From the human T2T-CHM13v2.0 reference genome, Homo sapiens, in NCBI RefSeq assembly GCF_009914755.1, contig NC_060936.1: DNA of 64,000 nt, one strand, 5' to 3'. This document shows, piece by piece, positions 14,511-30,535 of this stretch; the first letter of the stretch is position 1; each line of letters starts with the position of its first letter. The notes below the pieces were generated by a model. That model was not told where the DNA came from. It worked only from the letters and a program-made list of their open reading frames with translations, and did not search any database. Made by a program: the position numbers and the translations under genes.

Positions 14511-15259
14511 ACATCTTCTTACTAATAGTTATATACATACTATAATTGGTCTCAGTGAACAATTCTTTTGGTGGGCTTCTACATTTCAATAGAAAGAAAA
14601 TCCACAGCAGTATTAATAAAGGCTCATAAAGTGCACTAAGAATTCTAATAGAGACAAAAATGTTCATTATTTGAGAACTTTACAGAATGTAATAAATTTC
14701 TTAAAAAATTAAAATATAATCATTAACAGTTTAACAAAATGGGGGTGGTCAGAATTTTAGTTTATAAATGAAATTTATACTGAGAAAGTCAGTTTTGTGC
14801 TGTGGTGAATATTTGACCTTCCACTGTCCCTAGAATAAGGTCATATAGCATGAAACTCTATGTCAGAGATTAGCAGGCTTTCTCCTTTATTTCTTTTTGT
14901 AACATAAGGGAGCCCTGTACCAGCTGCATGCAGCATTACTTCATGAGTGTATAACTGTATTTAAATCATTTATATATTACATTTTACAAATGTAATAGGG
15001 AAATGTGTTCTTTTGCATTCATGGTTAAGAGTTGGAACAGATGGCAAAAAGCTCAGCTTAAACTAATATGGGCATTAAAATAACTGATATTGCATGCATT
15101 CCTTGATATAACAGAAGTTTAGTTCACTATAAAATGGGCTTGTAACTTTCTAGAATATATTAAACATAATGTTTCTTTAGCAACAATTTTTTCCACATTA
15201 GGAAATTTCCTGTTAGGATGTATCCAGAAGAGTTTTTCAAAGTTAAAGAATGTAGTAAT

Positions 15260-15400
15260 TCCTTTAACAAATATTTACTGAGCACTTATTATTTTCAGGC
15301 ACTGTGCTTAATATTGAGCTGCTTAAAAAGATGAATAAGACACAGTTCCTGCCTTCAAGATAAGAATATCATCAGATGGAGGAGATGGAGACATTACAAA
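15260..15400 (-). mobile_element. L2 3' end fragment
   Basis: AACAAATATTTACTGAGCACTTATT...CAGGCACTGTGCT...GAATAAGACACAGTTCCTGCCTTCAAG. Confidence 0.7.
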
Positions 15401-15434
15401 ACATTGACAACACATGGAACGTTTGAAACACCTT

Positions 15435-15981
15435 TGTATTAGTCATGGTTCTCTAGAAGGACAGAACTAATAGGATAGATGTATATATAAAGGGGAGTTT
15501 ATTAAGGAGTATTGACTCACACAATCACAAGGTGAAGTCCCACAATAGGATGTCTGCAAGTTGAGGAGCTTGGAAACCAGACTGGGTCCCAAAACCTCAA
15601 AAGTAGGGAAGCCAACAGTGCAGCCTTCAGTCTATAGCTGAAGGCCCGAGAGGCCCTGGCAAGCCACTAGTGTAAGTCCAAGAATCCAAAAGCTGAAGAA
15701 CTTAGAGTCTGATGTTTGAGTGCAAGAAGCAGCCATTATAGGAGAAAGATGAGACCGGAAGACTCAGCATGTATGCGCTTTCCATCTTCTGCCTGCTTTA
15801 TTCCAGCTGCGCTGGAAGCTGATTACACGGTGTCCACCCATGTTGACAGTGGGTCTGTCTCTCCCAGTCCATTGACTCAAATGTGAATCTCCTTTTTGGT
15901 GACACTCTCACGGACACAACCAAGAACAATACTTTCCATCCTTCAATCCAATCAAGTTGACACTCAATATTAACCATCACA
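15435..15981 (-). mobile_element. MLT2A (likely MLT2A2) HERV-L solo LTR
   Basis: TGTATTAGTCATGGTTCTCTAGA...TTAACCATCACA, ~547 bp. 5-bp TSD ACCTT/ACCTC. Confidence 0.88.
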
Positions 15982-18109
15982 ACCTCCATTTGTAGTGACT
16001 GGGTCTGTGGTATTTCCATACCACCCAGAATCTGAGCCTTCAATTCTGGCAATTACAAATTGTCAATGGAGCCTACATCTGGAGCCCAGCCGGGACACCC
16101 TGTCCTTTTGTGTAGGGATGGATAGCTGAGAATAAATTAATTTATAACTCATACATTTGCTATATCCTTTCCATCAAATAACAGAAGAGTTAAAGAATTT
16201 CTTTAAAAAATCACCATTGAGCAATCATTTGAAAATATAAAAAGACCTTTTCACATAATGAACTACTCTACCAGCTATAGTCTTTTGCTTGGGATCTTAT
16301 CTTGCATGTAATCATGCCCCAAGAAGACTATTTTAGTCATATCTTTGAACAAATTCTTGCAAGGCCCAAATTCTATTAAATTTTCTATAGTTCTTATATG
16401 CATCTCAAATTTCCCATTCCTCTAGGCTTTTCTAATGTGTTATTGCCCTGGCCAAGGACACCTGCAAAGGATCATTCCTAATATCTTTTCGTGTCCTTTA
16501 TCTTTGTAAACTCCTATTCATGCATCAGAACTTGACTTAAAGATCACTTTTTCAGGGTATATCTTCCCTGACATACAAATTAGGTTAGATTCACCTGAAA
16601 TATCTTTATTTAAAATTCTTCATTTTAAGAACATTCATTTTTATTTGTTTTAATTCCTTGCTTAACACCCATTATGTGCAGCAAGAAAACAAACACAATA
16701 ATTAGTACATAATGAATACAGTAGAGATAACTCTAATATAATCTTCCTCTTATATTAATAAAACACTTTCTTACTTTGCTATGTTTTCCTTATATCCATT
16801 TCTACTGGGGATATTGTCTAAAATAGTGATAGGTGAAAAAGAACGCAAAACTTAAGATTTAAAATGTATACTAAAAATTCTTTATTTAAATGAATACATT
16901 ATAGTCTTTCTTGTGATTCACTAGTTATATTTACTTCCTTTTGCTATTTCAGAGGTGTTGCTGTTACTTAAGAAAGCAGCACCACAGAGTTAATGTGTTT
17001 TTAATTTAGCCAGCTTTCTTTCTGAGTGCTTTTTAAGTTTGGTTGATAAACCAATCTAGTTTCTTCACAGGTACTGCCATACTGTAAGATAGTACTTCGT
17101 GAGGAGTAGCTTTACATTATTTTTTTCCTTGATGCCTCACTGATGATTCCAAATAAAGTTTACTGGGTAATTTGGAGAATATGGGGCAGTTTAACCACAC
17201 AGAATGTCATACAGGCTGCTGCTGAGTCTTTTGCTAATCTAAGCAAGCTCTCTAAAGTTAGAGGCAAACTGTTTACTTAAAACATTAAAGAATCATTTTG
17301 CAGTATTTAAGTAAAAAGGAGTAAGCAGTGGGAATAGAGAAAATTGTATCCGCAGTTCTTAAAATAATTTTATATCAAAATCACTGGATATGGAAGTCAT
17401 GATCATTAAAACGTGCACACCTGCTTATATTTGATTGTAACATCAGTCTTTCATATAACCATCTATATTCTCCACATACACCTAATTCACCTGCACTAAA
17501 GTTTTGCTTTGATGACTGTACATTCAAATTTCTGCAGATGTTCTTAGAGCATATATTTATGAAAATAACATCCTAAACAATCATTTAAAATTTACTTGAG
17601 TGCAATAACTGTATGTAGGCAAATATATTCATTTCTTTACAAATAAGCATTTATTTTGTTTATTCAATTAGATCTTTTACAAAGGGAGTCTAGTCTATAA
17701 AATGTTAACACTGACTTAATATTCACAAAAAGTATATTAATATTTCTATATTAACTATGAAAGATAAATTACATTATGTATTGAATACTAATATCATTTC
17801 ACTTATTTTTGACAAACAAGCGTATGACTTCTATGTAAGAGTTCATTATTCATATATGAATAATGCATTATATTTATATGATATACTATAAGATTCTTTG
17901 ATATTCACACTATTTTGTTGGGTTGTTCTAGAAATACTGAACATTAGTAGAAGTGCTACTAGCCCTATATGGCAAGTAAGGAATCCGAGGCTCAGATCAG
18001 TTAGATAATTTATCAGAAGTCAAGTAGCTAGTAAACAATTAGGTCATAGATTAACTCTGGGCTTTCTGTTTTAGTGGCCTGTACTCTCTCTCCACTGAAA
18101 AATATTTTT

Positions 18110-19830
<1,721 letters not shown>

Positions 19831-21019
19831 TTTTATTTCTACATGATGCTTAATATTTGGAAAATCACATAATTTCTATAAATTTCTAAGTTGTATAATT
19901 TTTACTAATCTGCTGGTATTTATGTGAATCTGCTACATAAAATATGACATTGATTATTTTGTTTTATTCTCATATAAAGAAAATGAGGTTTTGCTATAGT
20001 TAATGCATCTCAAGATGGCATATAATATAGAAGACTAGTAGTTTTCTCTAAAATAATTGATGCAGCTATAGACTATATTACTTATAGTCCTTGAAGCTCC
20101 ATATGACCAAAGACTAGCTTAAGGCCAGGGAAACATGAATAGAAGCAACATGTTCTACTTCCTGGCCATGTTCTTAAAAGAAAAGAACCTTATTCTTTCT
20201 CTCTCCTCTGCAAATTATTAGTATGTACATGTTTGTGAGAGTCAGAAAAGCATTCTGGACCCAGAGAAAGAAATATTTCTTAGAGGATGGCAAAACGACA
20301 ACAAATTAAACAAAAAATAAAAAGCCAAAGTTAAAGAGGCACAGACCAAGACACCATGGAGTAGGTCCACGTTAGCATTTGAGAATACCTTTGCACTGTA
20401 ATATGAAAGAGAAAATTCTATCATTTATAACCAATGTTATAATTGGGCCTTTGTAATAGCATCCAGAGACTATATTCTAATTATATACACACACATACAC
20501 AGAATAACAAAGGGTTAAACTAATTCAGGAGTTGCTTTTTTTATGTGTTATAAACATTATTGTAAATACAGATATAATTTAGATATATATTTATTGCAAA
20601 AATAAATGCAGATTTTCAGATGGACAATTTAATGAATTGATAACAGCTTTGATTGAGAAATGTTTATCCTTTTTACTCTGTTTAAATGAGCTTTCTCTGA
20701 AAACAGCTTTCTCTTCAATTAAGAAATGTTTATCTTTTTTACTCTCTTTAGATAATGTTTCCAGGATTCTTGAGATAAAGGGTAATGGTTTCTGTTGATT
20801 CCAAGAAATCTAAATCTACCATGCCTCTCAAGCCAAAACCAGTTACATGGTAGATTGACAAATATCAAATTAATTTGAATTAAATGAAAAAATTAAGGGT
20901 TATTTAATTTGAATTAGCTGCTATCTTTTTCCACATCATTAATAATGTTGGAATAATCAATGCTTCTATCCTCTACCTCTTCTATTCTCTACTTACACTT
21001 ACTTCTATTTTCTAGCTAT

Positions 21020-22105
21020 ACAGTAGCATGTCTCAAATGAATATCCACAGCCAAAAATTATTTCTTTAACTCAAAATTCATATGCCCTACTGTCTTCTTG
21101 GCTTTTCCACTAAATATATCTAAAATAAAACTCCTCATTCTTTCCACCTAAAAATAAAGGCTACTACAAACACAACCATCCCCATGTTCATTGACAATAA
21201 CTCCATCCTTCTAGTTTTTCTGTCCAATAACCTTGCAGGCCAAACCTTTTCAAATCATTTTTTTTTCCTTTTCTTTTCACCTTACTACACATCCAGGCTA
21301 CCATAAAATCTTTTTGATCCTAGTTTAAAGGTTTTCCAGAACACAGCCTGTTCTTCATATCTTCATTGCCAGCACAGTGCCCCCTATGTCATTTTATCTT
21401 CCCAGAGATTTTTCCATAGCTTTTCAACTGATCTTTCTCTCCACCCCATATCCACACATAATATATCTAAATGCAGAAGTCTGAGTTGTTTTTTTTCTTA
21501 AATATAAGTTGGATTATATAAATCCCCTATTCAAAATGCTGTTATTGCCTATCCCTTTACCTAAAATAAAAGTCTAAAGCTTTTAAATAGCCTATAAAGC
21601 CTTACATGAACATAACCCTTGTTATTTCTCCAACTTTCTCTTCTACAACATTTCCCCTTCCTCGGTTCTAACCACACTGAGATTCTGGCTGTTTCAGACA
21701 TAGCAAGCATATTCCCATTTTATTACCTTTACCCCATCTTTTTCTCTGCCTAGTGTGCTTTTCTTCTAGATTCCTATTTCACTAACTGCTTCAGGTCCCT
21801 TAAGTCTTTGCTTGAATCTTATATTCCCAATGAACACTGTTGTAAATTACATTTTTAACACCACAACTTATCCCCAGCTTACCATCTGCTCTTTGGATTC
21901 TTTCAATTCCCTCTAGTCTTTTTTGCTTATCTTTGTTTTCATAACATAAATCACCTCTTCACATATTATCCAATTTAATTATTTTGTTTGTCATTCATTG
22001 TCTCTTACCTTTCCCCTCACATAACCAGAGGATTAATGGGGCTTGTTCTTTGATGTATCCTATGGCCTAAAACACACGATACTTACCAAAAAGTATTTGT
22101 TGAAA
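21020..22105 (+). mobile_element. L2a relic
   Basis: Degenerate L2 ORF2/3' motifs ending ...AAAAAGTATTTGTTGAA. Confidence 0.6.
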
Positions 22106-22170
22106 TATACACACCTGCTGTATTTAGTCATACTACTGTATATTTTTAAATATATTATATCAGTTAATCC

Positions 22171-22808
22171 TGTGTTAGGCAACTTCTAGATGGTTTCAAT
22201 GATCCCTGCTTTCTGATATTTACCCTGTTGTGTAATGCTTCTTGTTGAGTGTGAGCTGTACCTAGAGAATTGCTTTTAATGAACAGAATATGGCAAAAGT
22301 GATAGGTTATCACTTCTATGATTGAGTTATGAAAGACTGCGACTTCTGTCTTGCTAGTCTCATGTCTTTTGCCAGCACTCTCTCTTGTCTGATTCCTTTC
22401 TCTCATAAATCAAGCTGTCATGTTGTACTCTCTGGATAGGCACACACAGCAAGGAACTGAAGAAGTCTTCTGGCCCACAGGTCATCAGCAACTGAGGCCT
22501 CAGTACAGCCAGCAAGGAAGTGAATCTTGTTAACAGTCATGTGAATCAGGTAAGAGACTGTTAGATTGGTACCAAAGTAATTGCGGTTTTTTTTTCCCCT
22601 GAAAGTAATGGCAAAAATGGCAATTAACTTTTGCACCAACCTAATTTTTTCCAATTGAGACTTGAGATGACTGTGGCCTTGTAAGAGCCCAGGTACCCAG
22701 GGAATTAGTACTTAGATTCTTAACCCATAGAAACTGTGAGATAACTGTTATGGTTTTCAGCCATGAATCTTTTGGATTCTTTGCTATGCACCAGCAGATG
22801 ACCAAAAT
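22171..22808 (+). mobile_element. MLT1F-type MaLR LTR with nested MADE1
   Basis: TGTGTTAGGCAACTTCTAGATGG...AGAATATGGCAAAAGTGATAGG...CCCATAGAAACTGTGAGATAA. Confidence 0.75.
22561..22644. mobile_element. MADE1 (Hsmar1-derived mariner MITE)
   Basis: TTAGATTGGTACCAAAGTAATTGCGGTTTT...AAAAATGGCAATTAACTTTTGCACCAACCTAA, an ~80-bp palindrome made of two TIRs. Confidence 0.92.
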
Positions 22809-23864
22809 GATGATCAATATGAAACCACATATTTGCATGAAGACCAAATCCTCCTATAGAAACTGTGGGAACTAAGAGTGTTTTTGTTTAGTTTAGTTTA
22901 GTTTTTTCTCAGTATTTTTATTTCACTTAGCATAATATCCTTTATGGTCATCCATGTTGTTGCAAAAGGTAGGATTTCCTTTTAAAAGCCTAAATAGTAT
23001 TCCGCTGTATGTATACACCACATTTTATTTATTTATTTATCTGTTGTTGGAATTTGAGTTTTTTAATATTTTGGCTATTGCAAAATATCTAAATTATCTA
23101 AGTTAAGGTTTAGATACTGCTTGCTTACAAGCAGAACTCTAATTTTATTTTCTCCAAAAAGTAATGTTGCTACTTAAAGAACTCTAATTTACAGTCTTGC
23201 TTACTTCTAGAGGTGAAGAAAAGAAGTCTTCCAGGAAAGATACTTATGTACAGCTAAGTCATATGGAAATAGTACCCTTTGGTTCTCTCTCTTCCCTTTT
23301 TTTACTTATCTGAAATGAAAATATGAGGACTGAACTTCGACTCTATCTTGGGTGACAAGAAGAACTGAAGTAGGAAGGAATCCTATGCTAAGGATGAGAG
23401 AGAAATAAGACAGCCCACACTCCACTCCCTTCCCCCAACACCAAATGTGAGCCTATCATTCAACCCACAGAAGACTTTTTATAAATGAGAGAGAAATGAA
23501 TCTCTAATGTGTTCTTGCAGCTTATTTGCTTTTTTATTTTAGGAATTGAATCTTATTCTAAACTGATACAGTGTCTCTATTTACTTTGCTTTGGTGTCCT
23601 AAGTAGAAACTATAAATACTATTTAGACTTATTGCAATAGGCAAAGGGCATATTTTAAATCATATTATGGATATCTGCAACTGTGTATCTTTTAGTTTTA
23701 CAGCATGTATTGTCATAGTTATTATTGTAATCATAATGCACTGAAACTTTACATCATTTTCAACCATATACTAATAGCGAAATAACATAAATATGTTATT
23801 TTCTCTTTCTCTGCTCCTCTCCGTATCTATGTATTTACTTCCTTTATATTATTCTTAACTTCTT

Positions 23865-24560
23865 AGGTGAGGAACAATGCTTTAAATGACCATGGACTTC
23901 TTATCAGACATTTATGACAGCCAGAAGACCATGGAACAGCATCTCAAAAGTACTAAAGGAGAGCCACAAAACCAGAATTCTATATCTAGCAAAAATATAT
24001 TTCAGAAATGAAGACAAAATAAGAAAATTATCAGGTGAAGGTAAACCAGAAATATTTACTGTTGACATATCTAAAAGAAATGTTAAAAGAAGTTTTTTAG
24101 GCTAGAGGGAAATAACTAACACCAGGGGGAAATATGAACCTTCAGGAATAAAGAAAGAACAACATAAATGGTAAATATCTAGATAAACATAAAAGATAAT
24201 TTTTCTACTTTTAGTTTTTAAAAAATATGTATAACTCTTGAAAGAAAACATTCTTATCTGGTGGAGTTTTCAATGTACATGAATGTAATATATATGACAA
24301 CTATAACATAGAAGCCACTAGGGGATAGTAAAATGATGTATGGGACTATAAGTATTTTACATCTTACTTGAAATATTAAGTTATTAACTCAAGAAAGTGT
24401 GATAATTTAGGCACATATATTGCAATCCCTAGGAAAAAATACAAAAATATAAAAAGGTTACAGATAGGAAGCCCACAAATTAAACAGTATACTAAATACT
24501 TACAAAAAAAGGAGAAAATGAGAAGTAGAGGCACAAAGTAAGAATATGCACTATATAGAA
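23865..24560 (+). mobile_element. Old L1M ORF1 / inter-ORF fragment
   Basis: Peptide ARRPWNSISKVLKE..TRILYLAKIYFRNEDKIRK resembles the L1 ORF1p C-terminus. Confidence 0.7.
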
Positions 24561-25915
24561 TATACTATTTGAAGTACTAGCCCATAAGTTCTAGCCCATA
24601 AAATTAAGTCCGTGATGTGAGAAAATTTTGGCTTAAGAGAAAATGGAGTAAGCCACAGAGTAGAAGATTCAGTGCAGATGAGTGAACCCTTAAAATGATG
24701 TAGAAGAGAGAAGCTGAATTGGGTAGACAGTAAATTACAATGAACAAATAGAATACTGCCTTTGTTTACTATCATTCAAAGTATTATATGTTACATAGTA
24801 TTACTTGAAAATGCTATGAACCATGGAAGTGGATTTTTCCAAATCATAGAATTCACTAATCTAACAATTATGGCATTTATAAATACTATTGATAATATTA
24901 GTAAACATTTTTAATACAGTTTTTATCATATAAACATTTTGGTACATGTTATTTCTTTTAAGTGCCAATAGTTTTTGTATTTTAACTGCATATGGCAAAG
25001 TATTTTCCTAAAATATTAGAACATTTATCAATGGTGCATACTTTACCTCTTCGTAAAGTTAAGTTAATGCTCTAATTTTTAAAAATGTTCCCATTAGGGC
25101 ACCAATTGTAGGATGGAGTGGAATAAAATGATAATCTCAGAAACTTTTGCCTCTATACTTTGTCTCCTTCCTATGTGTCTGCCTCCAGCGACTGTAGGCC
25201 ATTTGAAGATTACTATTGCTGCTATTCTGGTTACCTAGAAAATGAGACAGATTATAAGGCCTATGAAAAGACTTAACTTTGTTTATGTAGAATTTTCATT
25301 AAATTTGCTAAAGGGAAGTGCCTAAGGAGGTTTCCTGTCTTTAGCAAATATATTTATTGGTGACCAGATCCTTTTTTGCCTTACCTTCACAGTTATTTCT
25401 CTAACATCTGAGGTTTTGGTAGTCTGATTTTTAGCTAAGTATGATATTTAATTCAATTAAAAGTCTATATTCATTAAAGAAGGCTTACATTAAGAAGAAT
25501 GAAGTTCTAATTTATTTTCATCCATCTATATATATTATTGTTGTGTTATATAACTAAAATCTTACTATTATAGATTTTTTTTCTTCTAGCTTAAAAGTTC
25601 CAAGTGTTCTATCTTAGTAATATGATTTATTCTGGAGGAGAGGGATGTTGTAACAAATACTTTCCAGTACAAACTAAGATATTTGCATTTTCAAGTTTTG
25701 TATTAGAAGCAGTTTTGAGTCTTAGTAGTCTTATAAAATTATGATTAAGTGACCAACAAGTATAAATTTTGAGTCACAGATATTTAATTACAGTCGAGTT
25801 AAAAGAAGAAAGAAAATGAAATAATTGGAAAAAGATCTTTCACAGGAAGAATGTCTTATTGTTAGTACGGAAGAGAAATAAAATGAGAAAGAGAGGAAGG
25901 GAGGAAGAAGCTAGA

Positions 25916-26228
25916 TATTTATTTATTTACGTATTTATTTATTTAGAGATGGAGTCTCGCTCTGTTACCCAGGATGGAGTGCAATGGTGCAATCTCAGCT
26001 CACTGCATCCTCCGCCTCCCAGGTTGAAGCAATTCTCCTGCCTCAGCTTCCCAAATACCTGGGATTACAAGCATACGCCTCCACGTCCGGCTAATTTTTT
26101 GTGTTTTTAGAAGAGGCAGGGTTTCATCATGTTGGCCAGGCTAGTCACGAACTCCTGACCTCAAGTGATCTGCCTGCCTCAGCCTCCCAAAGTGCTGGGC
26201 TTACAGGCATGAGCCACTGCACCGGGCC
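25916..26228 (-). mobile_element. AluSx/Sz-like
   Basis: Antisense full Alu with (ATTT)n tail and CTGACCTCAAGTGATC. Confidence 0.93.
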
Positions 26229-27053
26229 TGATTTCTTTTTTGTGTGTGTGAAAGTAGGAATGGAGAGCAATCACCAAGAAATCCGAAATGACATCCAGAC
26301 AGCAAGTAATGCCAACTCTGACAAACCACTGCTGTGATCAGAGTTTGCACCTCTTTAAGATTTCAGATGTTGATTCTTTCTTCATGCATATTCCCATTAG
26401 AACATTTATCACTGATACATATTTCCTAATAGCTAAAAGTTTACTCATTACCAGAGATTGATGGAGAAAACAATGTTACAATTAAGAAAAGATCTTGGAC
26501 CTGTCATAAGAAAAGAGACACCATTTGGAATAAGAAGACCAAGAATATGCCATTTACTGCCTTCAAGAGCCTTGAGAAACTGCATAAAGCAGTCTTAGGA
26601 GGATGAATTCAAATAATGGCAATATTGCATAATAATGTTATTTTTAAAAGATTAAAAGAAATTCTGCCTACTGCATCATTTATTATTAAACTGTATATTA
26701 AGACTTTCTAAATTTGCTTCCCTAAGATAGAGTGATATTCAATCATTTTTGCTTTAATGAATAAAGTCCATCTTTAATAAGTAATTGCAAGTGGGAGAGA
26801 ATCGGGCCTTTTTAGGTCAAATATACTTGAGACATGAGGGTTCACAAAATCTGACTATGGAGAATTTGCATGATAGGGTTCACTGTGCAACAGAAAGCAG
26901 AAGTTTCTATCAATGGATAAAATGAAAAGCAAGATTGTGTCACAGATTTTTTGTTTCTTTGCTGCTATATAATGCCATACTCCCCTCTGACCCTCTTCCA
27001 AAGTATCCCCAGGGTAGACTATACTAACGAGATCCTTTTTCAGCAAAAGAAAG

Positions 27054-27501
27054 TCAGGCACTATTCACAATAGCAAAGACTTGGAACCAACACAAATGTC
27101 CAAAAATGATAGACTGGATTAAGAAAATGTGGCACATATACACCATGGAATACTATGCAGCCATAAAAAATGATGAGTTCATGTCCTTTGTAGGGACATG
27201 GATGAAGCTGGAAACTATCATTCTCAGCAAATTATCGCAAGGACAAAAAACCAAACACCGCATTTTCTCACTCATAGGTGAGAATTGAACAATGAGAACA
27301 CATGGACACAGGAAGGGGAACATCACACACCGGGCCTGCTGTGGGGTGGGGGGAGGGGGGAGGGATAGCATTAGGAGATATACCTAATGCTAAATGATGA
27401 GTTAATGGGTGCAGCACACCAGCATGGCACATGTATACATATGTAACAAACCTGCACATTGTGCACATGTATCCTAAAACTTAGAGTATAATAATAATAA
27501 T
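27054..27501 (+). mobile_element. 5'-truncated L1PA (PA4/5-like) 3' end
   Basis: ORF2 C-terminal peptide MIDWIKKMWHIYTMEYYAAIK plus 3'UTR and A-rich tail. TSD AAAAGAAAG at 27045-27053 and 27502-27510. Confidence 0.92.
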
Positions 27502-28889
27502 AAAAGAAAGGAACAGAAATGTTTAAACCTCCCCCTTGACTAGAAGTAATTAAGTAACTAAATTACAAATACACACACTTACATCTGGGGAGGTTAAACT
27601 GATTTTATGAATTGTATAAATGACAAGGATTCATACTCTGGCTTTTCAGGTTTTCTTTTTTTTTTATAAGAAAGCCCATCATTTAACAGTAAATAGAGGT
27701 TTTCTAGTGTGTCAAATGGGGATATGGTCAGATTAATGGCGAATTCAATGCTATGCATGTTTTTACCCTATCTCTTTTTATTTTTGCAAGATGTGGACAC
27801 CTTTTAAATGCATTAGTTTCTTCCTGCATTGTACAAAGCAAATAAATAGGTTCTTTAAATTCCAACCAGTCAATAATTGAAATATATGCACAAAAAGTAT
27901 ATGTATAAAAACACATGTAAACTGATCAAGTGTCCTAAAAACACATTTAAAATAAAAATACAAAGTTAGAAGTTTAGCACTTAACTGAATATATGTTAAT
28001 ATGCATTATAAAAATAGTAAACTCATATAACAGAGATAGTATAGCTTGAAAATTAAGGACTAAAGTCAGAATGCTCTTTTTCAGCTCCCCAATACTCCTA
28101 TTTATTTGCAATGTAACTTTTGATAAACTTCTCAAACTCTTTAAAACTTAGGTTCCTCAACTGCAAAATGGAAGGAAACTAATCACTAACTCAAACATTT
28201 GTTTTAGTGATTAAATAAAATATAGTAAAAAGTTTTTAGTAGAATACTCAGGATATAAAATTCTATAAATAATTACCAAATAGAATTTGGTTGCGAAATG
28301 GTCACAAAGATAATTGCAGAGAATACTGGAAAAATAATTGACAAAAATTTATATATTATTTAAAAGATTGAAGTTTACAATGCATGCAGAAAAATGCATA
28401 AAGTCATTATAAAATTGAGGTGTTAATGTGATTTTTACTACACAAGTTGGAATAACTGCATAATTTCAAATATAATAAATTGTTAGTCATCAATTTGAAA
28501 AGATTTTATGAAAAAAGCCATGATTTTATGACACAGAATCTATATGTTGTATAGAAAGCATGAATTATATTTCATTTTAGTTATGGTCTCTCTTTTCTTG
28601 ATATAATTAACATTTAAAATATGTTTTCAAGGGTATATTGTTCAATGTCACTATAAATAATTTATGTTAATAGAAAAGCAGAAATTAAAAATGTGATAGC
28701 CAATATTTTGGGTACAGCAACTTTCATGACAATCATTTCTTTTGAATATATCTGCTATAAATACAAATTGATACAAAGTAAGCATGATAAACTGTCATGA
28801 ATTTTAAACTATTTAATTATCATCATTATAATTGCCATGAATTATTGTACACTCACCATTTACCGAGAATTTCTGTGTTATTTTTTACT

Positions 28890-29120
28890 TTGTGTGTTTT
28901 TTATTGTGTATATTTAAGGTGTACAACATGATGTTTTGATATGCAAGTAGATAATGAAATGATTACTATAGGTAAACACATTCACACATCCATCACCTTC
29001 CATAGTAATGTCTCATTGTACATGTGTGCACGTGTGTCTGTGTGTTAACAGTACCTAAAATCTACATTTTATCAAATTTTCAGTATAAAATACAATATGA
29101 TGCAATATTCTTTATACATT
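28890..29120 (-). mobile_element. L1MA-type 3' end fragment
   Basis: ATTGTGTATATTTAAGGTGTACAACATGATGTTTTGATAT...ACATCCATCACCTTCCATAGT. Confidence 0.7.
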
Positions 29121-29149
29121 ACGTAAAAATGTAGACCAAGGGTAGATTC

Positions 29150-30062
29150 ACAAATTATGCATCTGACAAAGGTTTAATATCTAGAATCTATAAGGAGCTT
29201 AAACAATTGAACAAGCAAAATACAAATAACCCCATTAAAAATGGGCACTTCTCAAAAGACACTTCTGAAAAGAAGACATACAAGTGGCCAAGAAACATAT
29301 GAAACAATGCTCCACATCACTAATCATCAGAGAAATGCAAATCAAAACCACAATGAAATACCATCCCATTTTCTGTTACTATTAGAAAATAAAAAATAAC
29401 AGATGCTGGTGAGGCTTTGGATAAAAGGGAAAGCTTATATACTGTTGTTGGGAATATAAATTAGTTCAGTCCCTGTGGAAGGCAGTTTGGAGATTTCTCA
29501 AAGAACTTAAAACAGAACTACCATTTCACCCAGCCATCCCACTCCTGGGTTTATATACCCAAAGGAAAAAAAAAATTTATCAAAAAGACACATGTATTTG
29601 TATGTTAATTGCAGAGCTATTCACAATAATAAAGACATGGAATCAACCAAGGTGCCCATCAATGGTGGATTGGATAAAGAAAATATGGTACATATATACC
29701 ATGGAATAATACACAGCCATAAAAAGGAAAAAAATTATGTCATTTGCAGCAACATGGATGGAACTGGAGGACACTGTCCTAAGCAAATTAATGCAGGAAC
29801 AAGAAAGAAATATAGCATGTTCTCACATGTAAGTGGGAGTTAAGCCTTGGGGACTGATGAATATAAAGATGTTAGCAGTATAGACTGGGGGATACTACAC
29901 AGGGAAATGATGAAGCGGGGCATGGACTGAAAAACTACCTATTGGGTACTATGCTGACCATCTGGGTGATGGAACCATCCATATCACAAACCTCAGCATC
30001 ATGCAATATACTCATGCAGCAACCCTGAAAATTTAACCCCTGAATCCAAAATGAAAAATAAA
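29150..30062 (+). mobile_element. L1PB-type 3' fragment
   Basis: ORF2 end (ATCTGACAAAGGTTTAATATCTAGAATCTATAAGG) and an L1PB-like 3'UTR (ACTACCTATTGGGTACTATGCT...AACCTCAGCATCATGCAATATA). Confidence 0.85.
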
Positions 30063-30164
30063 TATATATATATTTGTACTTATTATAAGTGAAAATATAC
30101 TTAATATTTTCAGATCATTTATTGGTTGTATTTATAAGTAAAATTGACTTTTGTACATTGAAAA

Positions 30165-30535
30165 AAAAGAAAATGTGGTCTATATACAACATGGTATACT
30201 ATGCAGCCATTAAAAAAACCTTGTTATTTGCAGTGACATGAATGAAATTAGAGGCCATTATCATAAGATAATTAAAGCACAAATAGAAAACCAAATACCA
30301 CATATTCTCACTTATAAGTGGGAGCTAAATATTGAGTTCTCATGGGCATAAAGAGGACCATAGTAGAAACTGGGGACTACTAGAGGAGGAAGAGAGAAAG
30401 GGGGAACAAGTGTTGAAAAGCTACCTACTGGGTGATAAGATCATTGGTACCCAAGCCTCAGCATCATGCAATACACCCAGGTAACAAACGTGCACATGTA
30501 CCCGCTGAAGCTGAAATAAAAGTTGAAAGAAAAAC
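30165..30535 (+). mobile_element. Second L1PB-type 3' end fragment
   Basis: GAAAATGTGGTCTATATACAACATGG...CCAAGCCTCAGCATCATGCAATACACCCAGGTAACAAAC. Confidence 0.8.

Noticed and set aside
16953-16983. Small hairpin GGTGTTGCT...AGCAGCACC
   Set aside because: The 9-bp stem is too short to support an RNA gene call and is expected by chance in 64 kb.
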